Assembly (NCBI GenBank): GCA_051418055.1
Contig: JBPRGH010000136.1
Location: 24,507 to 88,506, forward strand
Length of the DNA stretch: 64,000 bases
From: Candidatus Cyclobacteriaceae bacterium M2_1C_046
GTDB taxonomy: Bacteria > Bacteroidota > Bacteroidia > Cytophagales > Cyclobacteriaceae
Reading direction: 5' to 3'
Shown: positions 50,065 through 60,548 of the stretch, one piece after another
Position numbering within the stretch: position 1 is the stretch's first letter
Layout of the letters: the number at the start of each line of letters is the position of its first letter
The notes under the pieces: model-generated
Database searches by the model: none
What the model was told of the DNA's origin: nothing
Seen by the model: only the letters and a program-made list of their open reading frames with translations
Translations under genes and position numbers: made by a program

Positions 50065-50871
50065 ATGAAAAATCTTTACTTTCTGTTATTTCTTGCCATT
50101 ACCTTAAGTTGTAACAATAATGAAAAGGCGGCAGAGACACTTAATAAAGAATACGAGAATCCTCCCGCCGAAGGTTTTAATAAAGAAGCTTCCGATGAAA
50201 AAGCAATTGCATTGGCTGATAGCGTCATGCAGGCAATGGGTGGCCGGAAAACCTATGACACCACACGTTTCATAAAATGGAATTTCTTTGGCAGGCGCGA
50301 TTTGGTATGGGATAGACAAACAGGTTTGGTAAGAATAGAGTCCCCTGGTGATAGTACTATTTATTTAGTAAATGTAAAACAGGATACAGGAAACGTAATG
50401 ATTAAAGGAAATGAAATTAATGAACCTGATTCATTACAGAACCTGATTAGTAAGGCAAAAAGTATCTGGATAAATGATAGCTATTGGCTGGTGATGCCTT
50501 TTAAGCTTAAAGACAGTGGCGTAACATTAAAATATTTACGTGAAGATACCACTCAGACAGGAGAGCCGGCACATGTTGTACAGCTGACTTTTGATGAAGT
50601 AGGCGATACGCCCAATAATAAATATGAAGTTTATATTGATGAGGATGAAAACCTGGTAAAGCAGTGGGCTTATTTTCGTGATGCCAGTCAGGAAGAACCT
50701 TCAGCTGTATGGCCATGGGATAATTATCATGAAGTGGGGGGCCTGAAATTATCATATAACCGTTCGGATGATAAAGGCCCGAAGGATGTGCGGATATATA
50801 AAGATCTTCCCGATAGCGTTTTTCGATCATTTGCCACAATGGAATGGGATAAATATCCGGATTATCAGTAA
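50065..50871 (+). CDS. Lipoprotein, unknown function
   Basis: Lipobox LSC. 268-aa ORF. Its stop lies 4 nt before the next gene. Confidence 0.5.
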   Translation: MKNLYFLLFLAITLSCNNNEKAAETLNKEYENPPAEGFNKEASDEKAIALADSVMQAMGGRKTYDTTRFIKWNFFGRRDLVWDRQTGLVRIESPGDSTIYLVNVKQDTGNVMIKGNEINEPDSLQNLISKAKSIWINDSYWLVMPFKLKDSGVTLKYLREDTTQTGEPAHVVQLTFDEVGDTPNNKYEVYIDEDENLVKQWAYFRDASQEEPSAVWPWDNYHEVGGLKLSYNRSDDKGPKDVRIYKDLPDSVFRSFATMEWDKYPDYQ

Positions 50872-50874
50872 CAG

Positions 50875-51951
50875 ATGCAGCGGATAGTTTTTATTGCTTT
50901 TTTTCTACTGCTTTTTCATAAAGCTGTAGCCCAACCATCATATACGTATGGAATAACCCCATATTATGGTGCCGTACTTCGGTATAAACCTGAAATGCCT
51001 GCAGTAAAATTTTCCAATCTTTATGGAGCGGAAGCTTACATTCTTAAGCAAACCGACGGGACCCGTTACTGGGAAGAAAGGTATAATTATCCAAAGCTTG
51101 GCCTTGCAGTTTCTTATTTTAATTATGGAGAGCCGGCAGAGCTTGGGGAGGTGGTTTCATTAACGGGATTTATAGATATTGGCCTTAAATCATACAAAAG
51201 AAGTGAGTTAAGGTTTAGCCTCGGCACCGGACTTGTTTATTCTTCTGTTATTTATGATTCTGAATTTAATCCGGATAATAAAGCCGTAGGTGCAAAGATC
51301 AGCTATGTGCTGCGCGGTAATTTATATTACACCTATCATCTTAATGAGTTATGGGATGTGAATTTTAATTTCACCTTTCGACACTATTCTAACGGGAGGA
51401 TGAATATGCCTAATAACGGAATGAATTTTCCTGCTGTGGGAATTGGCGCTTCCTATTCACCAGATCAAACGGAATATAAAACACCTGAAAAAGAACAATA
51501 TTCAAAAGGAATACGGTGGAGTTTATTTGGATCAGCAGCCTGGCGCGAAGTTTATTATGATGATTATAAGCATAAGGCATACTCCGCTTCTTTTGTGATA
51601 AGTAAAAGGATCACCTGGTATAATTCGCTACTAATAGGTTTGGATGGTTTTTATTATACACCGGAATCTGTTCGCCGGCATTTTACTCCAAGAGGTGTAA
51701 ATCTTGAGATTGATGAGATTGATGGTCGGCAGGTCGGGATTACATTTGGCAATGAGATCTATTTTGGTAAACTGGCTTTTCTGATACAGGGAGGTATTTA
51801 TATTTATGATCCACACAAAATCTGGAAGAGCTGGTATCAACGCTATGCACTAAAGTATTATGTTCATGAAAATGGATTTATCCAGATCGGCCTGAAATCC
51901 CACACCAGGACAGCCAACATGGTTGAATGGGGATTAGGAGTGCGATTGTAA
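50875..51951 (+). CDS. Outer-membrane acyloxyacyl hydrolase / PagL-like lipid A deacylase family protein
   Basis: Signal peptide, beta-barrel-like alternating sequence, and an H-x-S-N-G motif (FRHYSNG) as in PagL-type deacylases. Confidence 0.6.
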   Translation: MQRIVFIAFFLLLFHKAVAQPSYTYGITPYYGAVLRYKPEMPAVKFSNLYGAEAYILKQTDGTRYWEERYNYPKLGLAVSYFNYGEPAELGEVVSLTGFIDIGLKSYKRSELRFSLGTGLVYSSVIYDSEFNPDNKAVGAKISYVLRGNLYYTYHLNELWDVNFNFTFRHYSNGRMNMPNNGMNFPAVGIGASYSPDQTEYKTPEKEQYSKGIRWSLFGSAAWREVYYDDYKHKAYSASFVISKRITWYNSLLIGLDGFYYTPESVRRHFTPRGVNLEIDEIDGRQVGITFGNEIYFGKLAFLIQGGIYIYDPHKIWKSWYQRYALKYYVHENGFIQIGLKSHTRTANMVEWGLGVRL

Positions 51952-51996
51952 AGGGAATTAATTACTTTTGTGGCCCTTCAATAAAAATTTTTAGTA

Positions 51997-53361
51997 ATGC
52001 AAGTATCAGAATATATAGAAAAGAACCGCGAAAGATTTATTAATGAGCTACTTGACCTCCTAAGGATACCTTCGGTAAGTGCCGATAGTAAATTTAAAGA
52101 GGATGTTAAAAAGGCAGCAGCTTTTGTTAAAGAATCGCTTGTTAAAGCGGGTGTTGATAATGCCGAAATTTGTGAAACAAAAGGTCATCCTATTGTTTAT
52201 GGTGAAAAAATTATTGATGAGAGCAAGCCTACCGTACTGGTTTACGGTCATTATGATGTACAGCCTGCAGATCCTTATGAGCTTTGGGATTCCCCTCCTT
52301 TTGAGCCGGTAATAAAAAACGATAAGATCTATGCTCGTGGGGCAGCTGACGATAAAGGTCAGTTTTATATGCATATAAAAGCGTTTGAAGCATTAATGCA
52401 GACAGACGGCTTACCCTGCAATATCAAATTTATGATTGAAGGTGAAGAGGAGGTTGGCTCTGATAACCTGGAGATCTTTGTAAAGGAAAATAAAGAGAAA
52501 TTAGCGGCAGATGTTGTAATGGTTTCAGATACTGCTATGATCTCTTTAGAGACACCTTCTATAACTGTTGGATTACGAGGTATGAGCTATATGGAAGTGG
52601 AGGTAATCGGACCCAACAGGGACCTTCATTCAGGGGTTTATGGCGGTGCTGTGGGGAATCCTATTAATATCCTTTGTGACATGATCTCTTCTTTGATAGA
52701 TGATAAAGGAAGAATTATAATCCCGGGTTTTTACGATGATGTTCAGGAGCTATCTGAAGAAGAAAGAGCAGAACTGAACCGTGCTCCCTTTGATCTGGAG
52801 GAGTTCAAAAGAGATCTGAAAATTGATGCTGTAGAGGGTGAAGAAGGATATACTGTTCTGGAAAAAACAGGTATAAGACCTACACTGGATGTGAATGGCA
52901 TCTGGGGCGGATATACCGGCGAAGGAGCAAAAACGGTATTACCATCTAAGGCAAGTGCAAAGATCTCTATGCGCCTTGTGCCAAATCAGGACCCGGATAA
53001 AATAACTGAGCTTTTCACAAATCACTTTAGATCAATAGCGCCTAAATCAGTAAAGGTAAAAGTAGCGCCACATCATGGTGCTGAGCCTGCAGTAACTCCA
53101 ACTGATAGCCCTGCTTTTGAAGCAGCAAGTGATGCATTTAATGAGGTATGGGGGAAAAGGCCTATCCCTACACGTGATGGTGGTAGTATTCCAATAGTAT
53201 CATTGTTTAAGCAGGAGCTGGGACTGGATACGGTGCTGATGGGATTTGGATTAAATTCAGATGCACTTCATTCGCCTAATGAGAATTATGGCGTTACCAA
53301 TTTTATAAAGGGTATCCATACAATTGCAGCCTTCCATAAGCATTATGCGAAAAAAAAATAA
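51997..53361 (+). CDS. M20 family metallopeptidase (dipeptidase-like)
   Basis: LLRIPSVSA, GHYDVQP, RGAADDKG and EGEEEVGS metal-ligand motifs. Confidence 0.85.
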   Translation: MQVSEYIEKNRERFINELLDLLRIPSVSADSKFKEDVKKAAAFVKESLVKAGVDNAEICETKGHPIVYGEKIIDESKPTVLVYGHYDVQPADPYELWDSPPFEPVIKNDKIYARGAADDKGQFYMHIKAFEALMQTDGLPCNIKFMIEGEEEVGSDNLEIFVKENKEKLAADVVMVSDTAMISLETPSITVGLRGMSYMEVEVIGPNRDLHSGVYGGAVGNPINILCDMISSLIDDKGRIIIPGFYDDVQELSEEERAELNRAPFDLEEFKRDLKIDAVEGEEGYTVLEKTGIRPTLDVNGIWGGYTGEGAKTVLPSKASAKISMRLVPNQDPDKITELFTNHFRSIAPKSVKVKVAPHHGAEPAVTPTDSPAFEAASDAFNEVWGKRPIPTRDGGSIPIVSLFKQELGLDTVLMGFGLNSDALHSPNENYGVTNFIKGIHTIAAFHKHYAKKK

Positions 53362-53872
53362 AATAATGATGATCCTCCTGATATTTTCGGGAGGATCATT
53401 ATATGCACAAACTACTATGCTGGAAATCTTTAACAGCACCTGGGGAAATTCCGGCGCCTATACCATTGAGGTTTTTGAAGCCGTACCTGAAGATAAATTT
53501 GATGAGCCATCAGATAATGGCGGGATGAGTTCCAAGGAACATGCTTTTCATATTTATCAGCATATCACCTGGATAACATCTAAATTTATTGTAGAGGAAA
53601 AATACCCTTACAAGGTAGTAGACGCCAAAGACCTGACTAAGGAGGAGGCAATAAAGCTGCTGAAGGAGGGAATTGAATATGTTAAAAGTAAGACTGGAGG
53701 CTTAACACCTGACGAGCTTGAAGAAAAGCATGAATTTATTCCTGCCGGGAAAGAGCTATCTAAAGCGCAATTTTTATACCTGTTGTTGGATCATACCGCA
53801 CATCATCGTGCCCAGGTTATTCTTAATTTAAGGAAATGGGATATTACGGCGCCGCGATATAGGGGTTGGTAA
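53345..53872 (+). CDS. DinB-family protein with signal peptide
   Basis: The DHTAHHRAQ motif and a four-helix pattern. The start is moved from 53324 to ATG 53345 (MRKKNKIMMILLIFSGGSLYAQ). ATG 53366 is also possible. Confidence 0.7.
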   Translation: MRKKNKIMMILLIFSGGSLYAQTTMLEIFNSTWGNSGAYTIEVFEAVPEDKFDEPSDNGGMSSKEHAFHIYQHITWITSKFIVEEKYPYKVVDAKDLTKEEAIKLLKEGIEYVKSKTGGLTPDELEEKHEFIPAGKELSKAQFLYLLLDHTAHHRAQVILNLRKWDITAPRYRGW

Positions 53873-54276
53873 AATTACATTAGAAAGGAGAAGCTTTGTA
53901 CGCAGCTACTATATCGCTAAATTGCATTTTCACATTTTCGCATCTCTATTCTTTTTAAACGTTTATGATCTATTGTTTGATTCACATGAACAGGTTACGG
54001 ATTCGAAGAATAGAGAATTATTAAACTCATGAACGGCATCATTAGTCAAGCATAAAGCTTTATTGACAATAACTATTGCCTTTCAGCAATTAATTTTACA
54101 TTCAGGTTAAGTAAAAAGCAAAATAAACTTACATACGTGATTCTAATATTAGAAAGCACAAATCCTTCTTTTATAAAAAATTGTTTCATATTTAAGTGTG
54201 TAAATTTTAATTTTAAATTATAATTTATCCATAATATTTTTTATATTAAGCTATTTCCTAAACAGGATGATAGCAT

Positions 54277-54304
54277 TTTAAGTCTTTTTATTTAAGTCTT
54301 TTTA
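54277..54304. repeat. Perfect 14-bp tandem direct repeat (tttaagtcttttta x2) in a long AT-rich leader
   Basis: Read directly: 54277-54290 is identical to 54291-54304. It lies about 130 bp upstream of the first kinase gene. Confidence 0.9.
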
Positions 54305-54433
54305 AAGATTCTTAAAGAAATAGTATTGTTAAAGGTATAGATATGCCTTTATTAATTAATTTTTTATTTGCTAACTATCCGCAGCCAACATTTTTACTCT
54401 TAATGTTATTTATGGTGCGGCAAATATTTTTTA

Positions 54434-56650
54434 ATGGAGAATAGAAAATTTGAAATAAATCCCTATAAGATCCTTGATCAATCATTAGATGTTTTATGTG
54501 TCTTTAACTCAGAAGGAGAGTTTCTTTACGTCAGCAGGTCCTGTGAAAATGTATGGGGATATACTCCAGAGGAATTAATACAAAAGCCTTACATGAGTTT
54601 AGTTTATGAAACAGATCATCAAATTACTGAAGCGGCAGCAAATAAGCTTATAAAAGGGACAGATTTAAAAAATTTTATAAATACCTATGTTCATAAGAAT
54701 GGTAGTATAGTTCCCATTAGCTGGACAGCACGTTATTGTCCAGTTGAACAAAAAATGTTTTGTGTGGCAAGGGATATATCAGAAAAGGTATTTATTAGGG
54801 AGGAAGCAGGAAAAGGTGGGGAGAGATACAGGGCTCTTATACAAAACAGCACTGATGGATTGGCTTTATTAGATAAAGAAGGTAATATTTTAGGGATAAG
54901 CGAGCCTGGAAAAAAAATTCTTAATATATATAAAGAAGACGCCAGTGAGAATATAAGGAAAAATATTCACGTAGAAGATGTTTCTAATATAGAGGAGGCT
55001 TTTTTCGATGTTATAAATGACCCTGAAAAAAGCAAAAAGATTGAATACAGGCTTAAGGTCAATAATGAATACAAATGGATTGAAGCAATATTTCAAAATC
55101 AATTTAATGAGCCAACGGTAAATGCAATAGCTGTAAATTTTTGTGATATAACTGATCGTAAAATTACAGAGATAGCTCTAATAAAGAGTGAACAACTTCG
55201 TAAAAAGATCATGAATTCTGCCCTTGATGCTATTATCTGCATTGATAGTAGGGGTTTTATTATAATATGGAATGATCAGGCGGAAAAGATTTTCGGGTGG
55301 AAAAGGGAAGAAGTTCTGGGGGAACCTGTAGTTGATCTTATTATACCACAAAAGTTTAAAGAGAGGTATCATAAAGGGTTTAAGCAGTATATGGAAACGG
55401 GTGAAGATCCATTATTGCATAAACTGATCCAGGGCACTGCTATAAATCGCAAAAAAAGAGAATTCCCGGTTGAATTATTTGTAATTCCAATAGAGCAGGA
55501 TAGTGCTATGAATTTTTGTGCTTTTATAAGAGACATTTCTACACAGAAAGAGGTGGAAAACCTTTTACAAGAAAGTGAAGAGCGTTACCATAAAATGATA
55601 GAAGAGGTAGATGATTATGCTATCTTATTATTGAATAATGAAGGAGTTATAGAGAATTGGAATAAGGGCGCTGAAAAGATCAAAGGATATAAGGAGGAGG
55701 AAATTATAGGGAAAAAAGTTAGTGTTTTTTACACTGAGGAGGACAGAAAGAATAACCTGCCGGAACAGCTGCTTAATCAGGCAATTGAGAATGGAACCAT
55801 ATCAAGCGATGGTTGGAGAGTAAGAAAAGATGGGAGTTTATTCTGGGCAAATGTGGTTTTAACTGCATTACATGATGAGGATGGCGGCATTATAGGATTT
55901 ACTAAAGTGACACGTGACCTTACCGAAAAAAAGAAAGCCGATGAAAAGTTATTAAAATATATGCATGAGTTAGAAGCATCAAATATAGAATTAGAACAAT
56001 TTGCCTATATAGCTTCTCATGATCTCCAGGAGCCTCTTCGTATGGTAACCAGTTTTCTGACACAGCTTGAAAAAAAATATAAGGATCAGCTGGATGAAAA
56101 AGCTCAGCGGTATATATATTTTGCCACAGACGGAGCTGCCAGAATGCGACGGATAATCCTTGACCTACTTGAGTATTCACGTGTTGGGAGAAAGGAATAT
56201 GAGCTCGAGGAGCTGGATATGGATGAATTGATGGAAGAGGTAGTTCAATTTCATCGCACAATAATAAAAGAGAAGGATGCAGAAATTATTTGGGAGGATC
56301 TCCCTGTTATTTATGCAGCCCGTACACCGGTTGAACAGGTTTTGCAGAATTTAATTGCCAATGCTATAAAGTATCAGCTTCCGGATGTAAAACCGCGTGT
56401 TGTAATAAAATCTAAGGAACTGGTTAAATACTGGCAATTTTCTGTTACTGATAATGGTATTGGTATAGAGCCGGAGTATTTTGATAAGATCTTCGTTCTT
56501 TTTCAACGTCTTCATCAAAAAGAACAGTATTCAGGGACAGGTATAGGTCTGGCAATTTGTAAAAAAATTATTGAGAACTTTAGGGGCAGGATCTGGGTAG
56601 AGTCTGAAGAAGGTAAAGGAAGTACTTTTTACTTCACTATTGCAAAATAA
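54434..56650 (+). CDS. Multi-PAS sensor histidine kinase (HisKA plus HATPase_c)
   Basis: Several PAS-like modules. H-box FAYIASHDLQEPLRM, N-box LIANAIKY, G1 DNGIGI, G2 GTGIGLAICKKI. Confidence 0.9.
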   Translation: MENRKFEINPYKILDQSLDVLCVFNSEGEFLYVSRSCENVWGYTPEELIQKPYMSLVYETDHQITEAAANKLIKGTDLKNFINTYVHKNGSIVPISWTARYCPVEQKMFCVARDISEKVFIREEAGKGGERYRALIQNSTDGLALLDKEGNILGISEPGKKILNIYKEDASENIRKNIHVEDVSNIEEAFFDVINDPEKSKKIEYRLKVNNEYKWIEAIFQNQFNEPTVNAIAVNFCDITDRKITEIALIKSEQLRKKIMNSALDAIICIDSRGFIIIWNDQAEKIFGWKREEVLGEPVVDLIIPQKFKERYHKGFKQYMETGEDPLLHKLIQGTAINRKKREFPVELFVIPIEQDSAMNFCAFIRDISTQKEVENLLQESEERYHKMIEEVDDYAILLLNNEGVIENWNKGAEKIKGYKEEEIIGKKVSVFYTEEDRKNNLPEQLLNQAIENGTISSDGWRVRKDGSLFWANVVLTALHDEDGGIIGFTKVTRDLTEKKKADEKLLKYMHELEASNIELEQFAYIASHDLQEPLRMVTSFLTQLEKKYKDQLDEKAQRYIYFATDGAARMRRIILDLLEYSRVGRKEYELEELDMDELMEEVVQFHRTIIKEKDAEIIWEDLPVIYAARTPVEQVLQNLIANAIKYQLPDVKPRVVIKSKELVKYWQFSVTDNGIGIEPEYFDKIFVLFQRLHQKEQYSGTGIGLAICKKIIENFRGRIWVESEEGKGSTFYFTIAK

Positions 56651-56682
56651 GTTTGCCAAACAAATTCATTAGAATAAGATAA

Positions 56683-57117
56683 ATGAAAAAAGTGCATATA
56701 TTATTAGTTGAAGATAACGAAGGTGATATTGTTCTCACCACAGAAGCCCTTCAGGAGGGGAAAATAGCAAACTCAATTGCTGTAGCAAGAGATGGGTCTG
56801 AAGCACTACGCTATCTGGAAAAGAAAGATAATTTTGCTAAAGAACTGACTCCGGACATTATTTTACTAGATGTCAATCTCCCAAAAATGAATGGCCATGA
56901 GCTGCTAAAGATAATTAAAACAAATGATAGTCTTAAGCATATTCCGGTTGTAATGCTAACAACATCTTCTTCAGAGGCTGATGTTATAAAATCTTATCAA
57001 AATTATGCTAATTGTTATATTACCAAACCAGTGGATGTAAGCAACTTTTTAGATGTGGTCACGACTATTGAAGATTTTTGGATTTCCATTGTCCAGTTGC
57101 CTACAAAAATAAAATAA
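56683..57117 (+). CDS. Stand-alone receiver-domain response regulator
   Basis: LLVEDNEGD, the phospho-acceptor context ILLDVNLPKMNG, LTTS and KP motifs. There is no output domain. Confidence 0.9.
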   Translation: MKKVHILLVEDNEGDIVLTTEALQEGKIANSIAVARDGSEALRYLEKKDNFAKELTPDIILLDVNLPKMNGHELLKIIKTNDSLKHIPVVMLTTSSSEADVIKSYQNYANCYITKPVDVSNFLDVVTTIEDFWISIVQLPTKIK

Positions 57118-58211
57118 TGTTTTCCGGATTTTCTACTGCTCGTGTTCTGGTTATTGAAGATAACACGGGCGATTACGTTCTTATTCAGGAGTTTTTTAAA
57201 GAGGAATTAAAAAATCCGAAAATCGTACATTCTCCAACATTTGCCAAAGCAAAAAGTATACTTTTAGAGGATGATGATTTCGATGGGATCCTATTAGACC
57301 TATCATTACCCGACAATCAGGGTGAAAAGTTAATCCATGATATTGTAAGTCTGGCAGGAGAAATACCTGTTGTTGTCCTTACAGGATATGAGGATAAAGA
57401 ATTTGGGATAAGAACCCTGTCATTGGGGGTTTCTGATTATTTGCTAAAGGACGAATTATCTTCTTCAATTCTTACCAAAAGCCTGGCATATAGCATTGAG
57501 CGAAAAAAAATCAATACTCAATTAAAAGAGGCTGAAGAGAAACGTAAAAAACATGAACTGGAACTTACAAAGGCTATAATATCTGCCCAGGAAAGGGAGC
57601 GGATTGAAATAGGGGGTGAGCTTCATGATAATGTAAACCAGATATTATTTGCAACTAAAATGAACCTGAGCCTGGCTAAAGATGAAATGGACAGGGAAAA
57701 AGCTTTAGTATGGATGCAAAACTGTAATGACTATATAAACATGGCAATAGATGAGCTTAGAAATCTTTCGCACCAGCTGGCGCCACGTTCGCTTTTAAAA
57801 AGTTCATTAACCGAGGCAGTTAACAATCTTCTTAAGAGCATCAATATGGATAAGAGTTATAAAATATCACTGGATTTTAAAGCTTTTGATGAGTCTCTGC
57901 TTAATGAAGACCTGAAACTAAATATATACAGGATTTTACAAGAGCAGGTAAAAAACATTGTCAAATATTCAAAAGCCTCTATAATTGAGGTGGATCTTAA
58001 TACTAAGGAGAATGACTTCAAGTTAAGGATATGCGACAATGGAAAAGGATTTGATTTGAATTCAGTCGAAAGAGGTATTGGGTTAAGCAATATTGAAAGA
58101 CGAGCTGAATTATTCTATGGTGATATTATAATTAATACAGGTATTGAAAAGGGTTGTGAAATTATTGTTGAGATTCCACTTTCAAGCTCTGAAACAAAAA
58201 AAATTAATTAA
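57117..58211 (+). CDS. Receiver-led histidine kinase (REC, HisKA_3, HATPase_c)
   Basis: REC (VLVIEDNTGD...LLDLSLPD...VLTG). HisKA_3 H-box (ERERIEIGGELHDNVNQ). ATPase motifs (DNGKGF, GIGLSNIERR). The preferred start ATG 57117 overlaps the upstream stop (TAATG). The track start at 57078 is an upstream alternative. Confidence 0.85.
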   Translation: MFSGFSTARVLVIEDNTGDYVLIQEFFKEELKNPKIVHSPTFAKAKSILLEDDDFDGILLDLSLPDNQGEKLIHDIVSLAGEIPVVVLTGYEDKEFGIRTLSLGVSDYLLKDELSSSILTKSLAYSIERKKINTQLKEAEEKRKKHELELTKAIISAQERERIEIGGELHDNVNQILFATKMNLSLAKDEMDREKALVWMQNCNDYINMAIDELRNLSHQLAPRSLLKSSLTEAVNNLLKSINMDKSYKISLDFKAFDESLLNEDLKLNIYRILQEQVKNIVKYSKASIIEVDLNTKENDFKLRICDNGKGFDLNSVERGIGLSNIERRAELFYGDIIINTGIEKGCEIIVEIPLSSSETKKIN

Positions 58212-58442
58212 TTTTTTTTTGCACTTTACCAGCGTCCTAACTTGCTTTCAATCGAATGCATTACTTTTTTAGAAAATATAATCGCCCAGATAGTTTCATT
58301 ACTGATTAAGAATGGCCTAAAATTGCACTTATTTAAGAACAAGCTTGAGGGGTTTTTATTAATTACAGCAGTTAGCCATAGAAGAACAGGAACAAATCTC
58401 ATTTTTTAACATATTTCATTTTAGGAATTAAAGTTCTTTAGC

Positions 58443-60362
58443 GTGCTATCAAAAAATCATTATCATTCTATTTTTAAGACTTCACCAAATGCCTGTCTTC
58501 TGTTGAATATAGAGGGTACCGATTTTATCGTTGCCGGCGTTAATGAAGCATATAGCCGAATTGTTAATGTAACGGAGTCGGATCTAATGGGGCAGGATTT
58601 GTTTAAGGCGATCGCAAAAAATAATATTCATTTTTATGGTGATGGGAAAAAATTCAAAGATTCTCTTCAGCAGGTATTAGTCACAAAAGTAAATTACAAT
58701 TCAGAGGTTTTATTTCTTGATTCCGGCTTTTGGACCATTGAAAATGTACCGGTGCACAATGATACGGGAGAGGTGGAATTAATTGTACACTACCCAGTTA
58801 AAAAAGCAAGTGGTGATCTTTTTAAAGAAAAAGCCGAGCCTCAATCTTTTGAAGAATTATTACAGATAAAAGAACATTATAAATGCTTGTTTGATCATGA
58901 TCCGGATGGGCTATGTATAATCGATCTTGAAGGAAAGTTTTTAACAGTAAACAAAAGTTTTGAAAGAATTGCAGAGGGAAGTAGGGAAACTCTCTATCAA
59001 ATGAGCTTTGCTCCTTTAATAGCACCTGAGGACCAGGAAATGGTATCCGATCATTTTCAAAAGTGTATAAATGGAGAAGTCCAGCATTATACAACTCGGG
59101 GAATAACTGCAAAGGGAAATTCTACAATTGCTAATATTACCAATGTTCCGATTATTGTAAATGATGAAATAATAGGGGTCTATGCTATTGTAAAAGATTT
59201 TACTGAAAAATTTGAGGCGGAGCAACAACTGAAGGAGCTAAATACTCAGTTAAAGACTGCTCAAAAAATTTCAAAAATTGCTTATTTACATCAGGATCTT
59301 CCTGATGGGGCTGTCTACTGGTCTGAAGAACTTTTTAATTTATTGGGTCTTGAGAACAATGAAACCTCAACGGATCATGAGCAGTTTTTAATGTTTGTTC
59401 ATCCTGAAGATCAGGAAAGGGTATTTCAGGAAATAAAAGCATTTTATGATGAGCCGAAATCAACGGAGGTTGAATTTCGAATTGTCCCAAAAGATGGAAA
59501 AGTAAAGGAAGTAATTTTTAGATCAGTGTTAATAAAGGATACTAATGGAAACTCCACAAAGCTTGAGGGGATTTTTCAGGACATAACTGAGCAGAAACAA
59601 AATGAATATCTTTTAAAAAAATTGAATGAGCAACTCAATAAAAAGGCCGAGGAGTTGACGCGTGTTAATGCCGAACTGGAACAATTTGCCTATGTGGCCT
59701 CTCATGATCTTAAAGAGCCATTGCGTATGATCAATGGATTTCTGCAAATGCTACAAAAGAAGTATGGTAAATCACTTGATGAAACAGCAAACACATATAT
59801 AAATTACGCACTTGATGGTAGCAAAAGAATGCAGCAGTTGATAACTGACCTTCTGCGCTATTCCCAAATAACTAAAGAAGACGATAAAAAAAAATTAGTT
59901 GATCTGAACAAAATATATGATGAGGTAAAGCTGAATCTTATAAAACAGATAGAGGAGAATAATGCAACTGTTGTTATTAAAAATTCCCTGCCGATATTAA
60001 ATGTCAACCGGTCAGCTATACTTCGTCTTTTTCAGAATCTTATTAACAATGCTATTAAATTCAGAAAACCTGATGAAGATCCTGTAGTTATAATAGATGC
60101 CAAAGAAGCAAAAAGCCACTGGACTTTCAGTATATCTGATAATGGAATTGGAATATCAGAAGAAAACTTTCAGAAGATATTCGAAATATTTTCACGCTTG
60201 CATTTAAAAACTGATTATCCGGGAAGTGGAATAGGCCTGGCAAAATGTAAAAAAATTGTTCAGCATCATAATGGTGATATCTGGGTAAAATCTGAACCCG
60301 GAAAAGGAAGCACTTTTTATTTTACACTTGAGAAGACAAAAGAAACGGTTACCTATCATTGA
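58443..60362 (+). CDS. PAS sensor histidine kinase (GTG start)
   Basis: PAS modules. H-box FAYVASHDLKEPLRM, LINNAIKF, DNGIGI, GSGIGLAKCKKI and GKGSTFYFT. It is a paralogue of the 54434 kinase. Confidence 0.9.
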   Translation: MLSKNHYHSIFKTSPNACLLLNIEGTDFIVAGVNEAYSRIVNVTESDLMGQDLFKAIAKNNIHFYGDGKKFKDSLQQVLVTKVNYNSEVLFLDSGFWTIENVPVHNDTGEVELIVHYPVKKASGDLFKEKAEPQSFEELLQIKEHYKCLFDHDPDGLCIIDLEGKFLTVNKSFERIAEGSRETLYQMSFAPLIAPEDQEMVSDHFQKCINGEVQHYTTRGITAKGNSTIANITNVPIIVNDEIIGVYAIVKDFTEKFEAEQQLKELNTQLKTAQKISKIAYLHQDLPDGAVYWSEELFNLLGLENNETSTDHEQFLMFVHPEDQERVFQEIKAFYDEPKSTEVEFRIVPKDGKVKEVIFRSVLIKDTNGNSTKLEGIFQDITEQKQNEYLLKKLNEQLNKKAEELTRVNAELEQFAYVASHDLKEPLRMINGFLQMLQKKYGKSLDETANTYINYALDGSKRMQQLITDLLRYSQITKEDDKKKLVDLNKIYDEVKLNLIKQIEENNATVVIKNSLPILNVNRSAILRLFQNLINNAIKFRKPDEDPVVIIDAKEAKSHWTFSISDNGIGISEENFQKIFEIFSRLHLKTDYPGSGIGLAKCKKIVQHHNGDIWVKSEPGKGSTFYFTLEKTKETVTYH

Positions 60363-60548
60363 TCAACTGTAACATACTTTAATAACTACATGTAATATAA
60401 AAGATTAATTAGGTTCAAACATTTTTTGAAAGATCCGAATCTATTTTTTTATATATTCGTTCCATTCCGAATAAAACCATATACTTACAGAAGAGCAGAA
60501 GGATCTGAAGAGCAGACTGCCTGCAATTGATCAATTAAAAGAAACAAG

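Noticed and set aside
57078-57116. Upstream ATG giving a 13-residue extension (MDFHCPVAYKNKI) on the REC-led kinase
   Set aside because: The extension lies wholly inside the preceding response-regulator gene. The TAATG-coupled start at 57117 gives a typical receiver N-terminus.
54434-57117. Possibility that the first kinase and the stand-alone receiver form a phytochrome-type (Cph1/Rcp1-like) light sensor
   Set aside because: The ASHDL.EPLRM H-box and the small receiver resemble that class. However, I see only PAS-like modules, with no GAF/PHY region and no conserved chromophore Cys context.
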